Source: Geosiphon pyriformis uo1 (lineage: Eukaryota > Fungi > Glomeromycota). Taken from it: a stretch of 6,471 bases of DNA. The stretch's first letter is position 1; each line of letters opens with the position of its first letter. The DNA is taken from NCBI GenBank assembly GCA_016748015.1, contig JAAOMT010000521.1, positions 1 through 6,471 on the forward strand, in the 5' to 3' direction. A program made the position numbers and the translations under genes. Shown one piece after another: positions 1 to 6,471 of the stretch. The notes under the pieces are model-generated. The model was not told the DNA's origin and searched no databases. It saw nothing but the letters and a program-made list of their open reading frames with translations.

Positions 1-135
1 ATATTAATTTTTTTTTCAGATACGAGATATGGATGTCATGTTCTTAATGACTAATCCATCTGTGACCATTTATATTGTTTTCTTAGACAAAGAGAAAAGT
101 TAAATTAAACGTTATAATGAGTCCCACGGTTTTAA

Positions 136-371
136 GGGTGATGTGAATTTGATTTCCCATACTGATTGTATTTAGCCATTTTAGGATAGCCGAGTCAAAA
201 AAAAATGAGCCATGAGGATCTGCTTAATATTACATTAGTCATGAGGATTCGCGTAATAATATAAAAAATTTCCAGAAAGTACCAAGGTTTCAAAAAGTGA
301 CGCTTTGTTTTTAATCACTACATATTAGTTAAACCCACCCTTGTATTTTTGGATTCTTGTTTTCGCGTGAA
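136..371. mobile_element. Probable DNA transposon terminus/subterminal region (TTAA|GGGTGATGTGAA...)
   Basis: TTAA at 132-135 is followed by GGG. The segment is non-coding, retains CpG, has repeated AG[C/T]CAT..AGGAT motifs and ends abruptly where Gypsy homology begins. The partner TIR is not in the window. Confidence 0.45.
208..265. repeat. Degenerate 29-bp tandem duplication
   Basis: AGCCATGAGGATctgctTAAT (208) and AGTCATGAGGATtcgcgTAAT (237); partial third copy AGCCATtttAGGAT (174-187). Confidence 0.65.
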
Positions 372-1713
372 AAACAAAATATATTTGCCAAAAATAATAA
401 TGATCTTAAAAAAACTAATATTATTTAACATAAGATTTACACAAAAAATACTATACCAAAACATTAACAAGCTTATTAAGTACCACTTTTAGTTACTAAT
501 TTATTAGAAAAAAAGTCCAAAAAATGCTCAATAATAGATTGATTTAATTATCAAAAAGTTTTTTGGCCTTACCAGTAGTTTTAGTTAAAAAAAATAGGAA
601 AATCAGATTTTGTGTTAATTATTATTAACTAAATAGTATTACAATTAGAGATGTATACTTATTTTCAAGAATTAACAATATGTTAGATGCTTTGAAAAAA
701 CCAAGTTCTTTTCAACATTAACCTTGGAAAGTAGATATTGACAAATCGAAATAAACCTTAAAGACTACTTCAAAACAGCATTTACAACTCAAGAAGGAAA
801 CTATAAATTTAATGTTATATAATTCGGACTTTATAATACACCAGCAATATTACAGTGACTTATGAATGTTGTTTATAAAAAACTCTTATAGCAATCGGTA
901 ATTGTTTATTTTGATAACACTAATGTATACTTTCCAAGCTTTGAAACTTATTTAATTCATTTGTGAAAAGTTTTTTAATGATTACAGAAAGCAGAATTGA
1001 AATTAAATATTGAAAAATATTACTTTGAAAAAACAAGTTTGATTTTTTTTGGTCATATTATTAATAAAGATAAAGTGTTATCTAACTCAAAAATAATCAA
1101 TACTGTAAAAAACTTTAAGATTCTCCAAAGTACCACAAAACTAAAAAAATTTGTTAATTTAGCTTTTTACTGCTGAAAATTAATCAAAAATTTTTTGGAA
1201 ATTACCAAACCTCTTAATCATTTTACCAACAAAGATGTTAAATATCAATAGACTTCAACACAACAAATTGCATTTAACACCTTCAAAGAAAAACTTACAA
1301 CAGCTTTAATTCTTGCCTATTTAGACTTTAATAAACAATTCTAATTAGTTACTGATGCTTTACATATAGCTTTTGGTATCATTTTATCATAATTAAATGT
1401 CAATAACAATAAGCAAGTAATTGTTTATGTCAGTAGAACACTCAAATAAACAGAATTCAAATATGGCTTAACAGAATTAAAAGCTGCTACAGTCATTTGG
1501 ACTCTTAAATATTTTCAACAATATCTAAAGAATAAATTTGACATTATAATTAACAATATTGGCCTTAAATGGCTTAATAAAAAGAAATTTGAACAAAGTG
1601 CCAAATAATTTTGATAGAATGATTTTTTAATAGACTACAAATATATTGTATATTACAAACCAAGAAAACTACACACTAATATTAATAATCTTTCAAGAAT
1701 AAAACAAAATTAA
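369..1713 (+). pseudogene. pol: Gypsy pol pseudogene: reverse transcriptase + RNase H
   Basis: Motifs read: IFAKNNNDLKKTNII*HKI (369-437); ALPVVLVKKNRKIRFCVNYY*LNSITIRDVY (566-658); KFFSTLTLESRY*QIE (703-750); KTAFTTQEGNYKFNVI*FGLYNTPA; YFDN at 907-918 (YxDD with D>N); RNase H VTDAL...YVSRTL...TELKAA...YKPRKLHTNINNLSR; stop at 1711-1713. Frameshifts near 495 and 700, and roughly 20 in-frame stops. Confidence 0.93.
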
Positions 1714-1772
1714 TACCAACAGCAATCTTATCACAACTTACTAATCTATTAACAAATAATAATCAAACAACA

Positions 1773-3150
1773 ATAGATCTCAAAAATTACAACAATATCA
1801 AAAACTATTTAAAAACTTTTACCATATCAGAAAATTAGTCTCCAAGTAAAAAACATTAATAACAACACCAAACAAAACAATACTTTATTTATCACAACAA
1901 AATCTATTATAAAAATCGCAGAAATCCAAACAAATTACTCAGATTAATACAAGAAAATAAAAAAAACAATCTTATACAACATATACACAGATTTTTCTTC
2001 AGCATACTTGGAAAAAAATGGAACAATTCAAAAAACACTTGAATATTATTTTTGGCCTCAGATGTAAAAAAACATTTAATAGTATATAGAATCATGTAAT
2101 AGTTGTTAAAAAAGAGAAAAAATTCGACCCACTGAATCTTTAAATCCAATCAAAGTTGAACAATCTTCTAACAGAATTGGTATTAATTTAGTTAGACTAC
2201 TATCTATTACAAATCAAAAAAACTGTTATATTGTAGGTGCTGTAAACTATTTTACCAAATGGCCTAAAATCAGAGCTATCCAAAAAGCAGACACAAAATT
2301 AACAGTAAATTTCATCTATAAAGACATAATTTGTAGACATAAATGTCCAATTAAACTCTTATCTGATTAAAGAACACACTTTGTAAACAACTTGATACAA
2401 AAAATTTGTGAATGATTTAACATCAAAAAACTTTTATTATCATCTTATTATCCCTAAACAAATGGACTTGTAAAATGTTTCAACTAGATACTATATGAAT
2501 CATTAGCCAAAGTTTCAACTAATTTTAAGCAGAAATGAGATATCTTTATTCTATTAGTGTTACTAGCTTATAAAACACTAAAACAAAATACTACAAAACA
2601 CACACTATTTAATCTTACTTATAGGAAGACAACAATATTACCAATTAATTTCATAGTAGAAACATATCTAATACAATCTATTACAGAAAAAAACTTCTAA
2701 AAAACTCTTTAAAAAAAAGCTTATACTTTTTTCAGTACATTGAAAGAAAAATAACAAATTGCAATAACTTATATTGAATACTCTTAAGCTTAATAGAAAA
2801 AATAGTATAACAACAAATTGCCACCAGTTACCAACGAATTTAAAATTAGAAACAAAGTTTTCTTACACAGAACTAAGACTGAAAAACAATGAAGTAGAAA
2901 ATTTAAACATAAATAAGATAGACTATTTTAAATTCATGAAATTTTAGGCAATAAATTATACAAATTAAGACTTGATAATAAAATTTTAGCTAAAGTTGCA
3001 CATAAAAATTGACTAAAGCATTATCATTCCAAAAATAATTTTGAACTGTCAATTTTACAAATTGGTACATATTTCTTTTTAATTAATCTTAAAAATATTT
3101 CTCGAAATTTAGAACCAATAGTTATAATAGAACAAAAACCAAACATTTAA
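1773..3150 (+). pseudogene. Gypsy integrase pseudogene (HHCC, D,D(35)E, GPY/F; no chromodomain visible)
   Basis: IYTDFSSAYL (both His>Tyr, 1984 and 2005); YFWPQM; SCNSC (2092-2106); IGINLV (D>N, 2185); VNYFTKWP; LLSD*RTHF (D at 2365); P*TNGLVKCFN (E>K at 2473, 35 residues after the D); *DRLF (= WDGPF); ends LEPIVIIEQKPNI* at 3150. One +1 shift in the A-run near 1965. Confidence 0.93.
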
Positions 3151-3301
3151 TTTTATTAATAATCCCTCTAAAAATACAAAAACATTAATTAAAAATAGTA
3201 AGATAACTATTAGAAAATAACCAAACCCAAAAATATATAAAATCTATATACCAAAAATTATTTTTTTTTATTTTTTTTATTTCCAAAAATTTATTTTTAT
3301 T

Positions 3302-3937
3302 ATAATACTTATTCTCCAAAATATTTAACAAATATCTTACAAATTAATATTAGCTTTAAAAACACTTTCTGACTTATCTATAACGATCAATAAAAGTCAA
3401 ATTAATTATATTCAGAAAGAAACTACAGCTTCAGTAGTAAACAATTTGCAAAATTATCATCTTTATAGAAGAAATACAAGAAATTATTCTGGAATTCAAT
3501 TGTTAGAACTCTTGAAACAAGTTTTAAATGAAAACTTTTTATTTGTCTCTATTGATATTGCACCAAATACCACAACCCAACAAAAGTTTCAACTGTTTCT
3601 TAATGAACAAAGTTATAAATATACCTTCATATTTAGATATTTTCATATTAGAAGAACACTTTATGAACAAAAACTGGAACTTACAACAACAAACTTTACT
3701 TTAGAAATTATACAAAAACAAATTCACAATGAATTTAAGACAACAGTTGGACTAACAAATACTTATAGACTCTACAATTTATTTAATATTTGTGAGAATG
3801 TCCTACAAAATTCAATACTTCAACCAATGAAGATTTAATACATTAGCAAATTTACAAAACTGAAATTTCAACAATTTTCAGACCAAATTACTTCAATAAT
3901 TTTGAATTACTATTTCGAAATTACAGATAGTGCTTGA
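3302..3937 (+). pseudogene. Extra ORF of unknown function between integrase and the 3' LTR (contains the provided ORF 3446-3838)
   Basis: Frame +2 is stop-free from 3329 to 3835. It continues past TAA 3836 as YISKFTKLKFQQFSDQITSIILNYYFEITDSA* (3937). Upstream ATA codons at 3302/3305 could be a mutated ATG. It lies inside the element, before the PPT. No recognisable domain. Confidence 0.6.
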
Positions 3938-3958
3938 ACTTTAATAGAACTTAATCTT

Positions 3959-3968
3959 GAGGAAGAGA
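3959..3968 (+). other. Polypurine tract (plus-strand primer site)
   Basis: GAGGAAGAGA lies 3 nt upstream of TGTTAC; it is plausibly a G>A-decayed G-rich tract. Confidence 0.7.
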
Positions 3969-3971
3969 TTA

Positions 3972-4171
3972 TGTTACCAGTGGAATTTAGTTATTAATTA
4001 GCATGAAATTATCCTTATAATTTGTATCATTAATTAGCATATATTAATATTATTTCAAATTATAACTTATTATTTAATCAAATTATTAAATATCACTATT
4101 TAATTAATAATCTAATTTGTATAATAAAAATTAGAATGATCAAATTATACAATACTCTATACTATATAACA
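3972..4171 (+). repeat. 3' LTR, 200 bp
   Basis: Starts TGTTA and ends TAACA (perfect 5-bp inverted termini, TG...CA), directly follows the PPT, has AATAAA at 4123-4128 and an internal 12-bp direct repeat ATTAATTAGCAT (3993-4004, 4029-4040). No 5' LTR is available to confirm it. Confidence 0.72.
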
Positions 4172-4179
4172 TTCAAAAA

Positions 4180-4291
4180 TTCACTGAAATTTGTAGAAAT
4201 TTATTGAAATTATAAATAATTTACTAAAATTACAAATAGTTTACTAAAATGATTTGTAATTTGCCAAAATGTATCTTTAGTTTATTGAAAT
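4180..4291. repeat. Array of six 10-11 bp motifs at 20-bp period (inferred ancestral core TTACCGAAAT)
   Basis: TCACTGAAAT 4181, TTATTGAAAT 4201, TTACTAAAAT 4221, TTACTAAAAT 4241, TTGCCAAAAT 4261, TTATTGAAAT 4282. Confidence 0.8.
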
Positions 4292-5341
4292 CATAGCAAA
4301 AAAAAGTTCAAGTTTATAAACTAGTATTACAATAAGTTGTATAAAAAAAGAGCTTTTTTTTCAAAAAAATGCATCTTCTATTAGAATTATCTTATTATAG
4401 ATATTTTTCTTACTTCTTTAAAAAAAAATTAAATACTTAAAAACCAAATTTTTTAATTAAAAATTGCACTTAAAATTCCCTAAAAACTCTACTAAAGTTT
4501 TGAAATTGATTAGTCACCAATTTTAGTAAACTGTTAGTAACTTCAGGCCTAAACCAGAAAATAATTCTTTTTACAAAATTCTAATTCTTTTATATTTCTT
4601 TTATTTTCTTTTATTTTTTTTATTATAATTATTAGGGTAGTTTACAGACAAAATTTTTATAGAAAAGTTGACTTTTACTACAAAATAACTACACAATTTT
4701 AGTGAGCTTTTAGATGAGCAATTTTTAAAAAAAAGTTGCCATTTACTAAAATATAACTGTATAAAGTAATTAGTACAGAATTGGTCATTTCACTTATAAG
4801 TCCAGCAGTTCAAATTATAGAAAATAATTTAAAGAGTAAATTCAGTTATTAGAGATTCAATTACTTTCAGAAAATGTGAATTGACAACAATTAAGCATTA
4901 ACAACATTCAAAAAAAAAGACCAAAAATCTCCAATAATAGTGTATTTTTTTTTTAAATTTTATTGTGAATTAAATTTTATTGAAAGATATTAGAAAGCTA
5001 CTAAAAAATATATATGCAACAAATACGATTATTTATGAAAAAGATTACAAAGAACAGTGCTTAAAAATCTTAAATCAGTATTTTTAATAACTATTAGACA
5101 ATTTTTAAGAAAATATTAATGTTATATGAATTTTTATAAAAAAGATCTTAGTAAAAAATTAGTAAAATATGCTATAAAAAATTAGAAATCTTATAAAAAA
5201 ATTCCAAATAATATTCAAACTTTGTAATACTGTATTTGGTTTAATATTATATAAAATTTAATAAAATTTTTTTTTTTTTATAAATAATATATTAAAAACA
5301 CATGTATATTAACCAATAAAATTTAATTATATAAATAAAAA

Positions 5342-5389
5342 CACGTGAAGATCATCATTTGAAATTTCGGACTGATCTACATTTTTGAT
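5342..5389. other. Short non-coding CpG-retaining segment between the AT-rich block and the truncated transposase, possibly the continuation of 136-371
   Basis: Begins CACGTGAA (cf. CGCGTGAA at 364-371). Its translation does not continue the transposase motifs. Confidence 0.4.
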
Positions 5390-6471
5390 GAAAACCAGGC
5401 TCAGTGTACCATTAGGACCTTTGCCTATTATTTTGCCTTCATCGAGAACGTAATTAATTTGTTCGCGTACTGCTTCATTTTGTATACCAAATAAATGCAC
5501 TTTACGCGAACTGAGATAATAAATCTTACCTGTTGATCAGAATGTGGAACGTGAACATTTTGTGCTCAATCATAACTGTAATGAGCAGTAGCGTCAACGT
5601 TACAATAATCAGCTTTAACTCCTGTCACAAGATAATTCTCGTCTACTAATTTTCTCTGTTGTTCTGCTAATTTCGTATTTTTGTTGTAATAGTTTCTCTC
5701 TAATTTAGCCTTAACTAAATGTTCTTTGTACTTTTTTAGTAAATCTTTCGTTTCTTCTTCCTTACGAGCATTATACTGTAAGCCATTCCGAAAATGTTGG
5801 CACGTGTCACATAAATCCGTTCGCGGACTCATGATTTGAATATAAGGCGTTAATTGATGCCATAACTTGCGAAACGCATCATATTTTAACAATTTCAATG
5901 TTCTATCATTTTCGAGACCTGCAATAAAATCACGATAGACTGATTTATAACTAGTTTCGGCTGGCAAAAGTGTAAGCGATTGAGTAATTCGGTTAACATT
6001 TCTACCAGGACTTGGTAATCCGTGTATTTCAGCGTAATTCTCGAGAAAATTTTTCACAGCGGTAGCAACGGTTATATCAATTGTTATTTTGGTTTTTCAT
6101 CGCGGTATTCGTTTTATGTTACCATGAACGCGTGGTATTATACCGTATGTCGCTAAGTGATTTCTAATGTTTTCGAAGTGAGTGCGACCAATTCCTAACA
6201 TGTTGAGATACGTTTTCTGACAAAGAGGCGTATTGCGATCTCAGTAGTAAAAAGTTCTTTTATTAGTACGCATTTTCTTTTTAAGACGTCGGCTGGCAGT
6301 TATTTCTCCACCATTCATTGCTTTCAGCTGGGCCATTAAAAATATGTCTTGTTCGGATCTAGAGAGAGCGTGAAACGCCTCACGTAATTCAGCAAACTTC
6401 TCTCTCGGAATCATTTTTGAACAACCACATTTACAACCTATCTCCAGGAAACGTATTGCTTTTTCGTATTC
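5390..6471 (-). pseudogene. Sola-like (probably Sola2-type) DDD transposase pseudogene; N-terminus outside window, C-terminally truncated
   Basis: One frame runs from 6471: EYEKAIRFLEIGCKCGCS...EQDIFLMAQL...LCQKTYLNMLGIG...PRVHGN...FLENYAEIHGLPSPGR...FRKLW...PRTDLCDTC...HYSYD*AQNVHVPHSDQQ. After a frameshift near 5528 it reads KIYYLSSRKVHLFGIQNEA...INYVLDE...GKGPNGTLSLVF. This matches, from recall, the N-terminal Cys motifs and first catalytic Asp block of Sola-type transposases. Three TGA stops. The family assignment is by motif recognition only. Confidence 0.75.

Larger units (their letters stand above)
369..4171 (+). mobile_element. Degenerate, 5'-truncated Ty3/Gypsy LTR retrotransposon (RT-RNase H, integrase, extra ORF, PPT, 3' LTR; no gag, protease or 5' LTR in window)
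   Basis: Manual translation gives the Gypsy domain order RT > RNase H > integrase with recognisable but mutated motifs, followed by a purine tract and a TGTTA...TAACA-bounded LTR. Confidence 0.93.

Noticed and set aside
1907-2149. Provided 80-aa minus-strand ORF
   Set aside because: Antisense shadow of the A-rich integrase zinc-finger region; Phe/Leu-rich low complexity with no independent support.
3010-3150. Chromodomain at the integrase C-terminus
   Set aside because: No chromodomain aromatic-cage pattern is visible; the tail ends in LEPIVIIEQ.
4172-4176. TTCAA as the Gypsy target-site duplication
   Set aside because: The 5' LTR and its flank are missing, so it cannot be verified.
4180-4291. 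CRISPR-like repeat-spacer array
   Set aside because: Repeats and spacers of about 10 nt are far too short, there are no cas genes, and the context is eukaryotic TE DNA.
4632-4650. TTAGGGTAGTTTACAGAC as a telomeric repeat or a TIR
   Set aside because: Single TTAGGG and no convincing inverted partner in the window.
5293-5349. TAAAAACACATG / TAAAAACACGTG repeat and loose similarity of 5294-5316 to 370-391
   Set aside because: Short and AT-rich; cannot be distinguished from chance without copy alignments.
5524-5532. Minus-strand CAG|GTAAGA as a true splice donor
   Set aside because: Conserved coding motifs (KIYYLSSRKVHLFG) continue immediately in another frame, so a small deletion explains it better than an intron.
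5566-6057. Provided 163-aa ORF as a standalone gene
   Set aside because: It is an internal fragment between two TGA stops of a longer transposase frame; its GTG start is a Val codon.

Overview
This window is very AT-rich eukaryotic repetitive DNA, most likely fungal; the protein styles suggest an arbuscular mycorrhizal (Glomeromycotina-type) genome, which is an inference. No intact host gene is evident. It is a nest of transposon pieces. (1) 136-371: a CpG-retaining, TTAA-flanked probable DNA-transposon end. (2) 369-4171: a 5'-truncated, heavily C>T/G>A-mutated Ty3/Gypsy retrotransposon with RT-RNase H, an apparently separate integrase ORF, an unknown extra ORF, a PPT and a 200-bp 3' LTR. (3) 4172-5341: decayed non-coding DNA with a 20-bp-period motif array. 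(4) 5390-6471, minus strand: a much younger, CpG-rich Sola-like DDD transposase pseudogene, truncated before its second catalytic Asp. The most notable points are that the ~5-kb old block is bracketed by C[G/A]CGTGAA and appears to sit inside the young DNA transposon, that all three in-frame stops of the young transposase are TGA at probable Trp positions, and that the Gypsy carries a comparatively well-preserved extra ORF in the env position. All translations and counts were done by hand.
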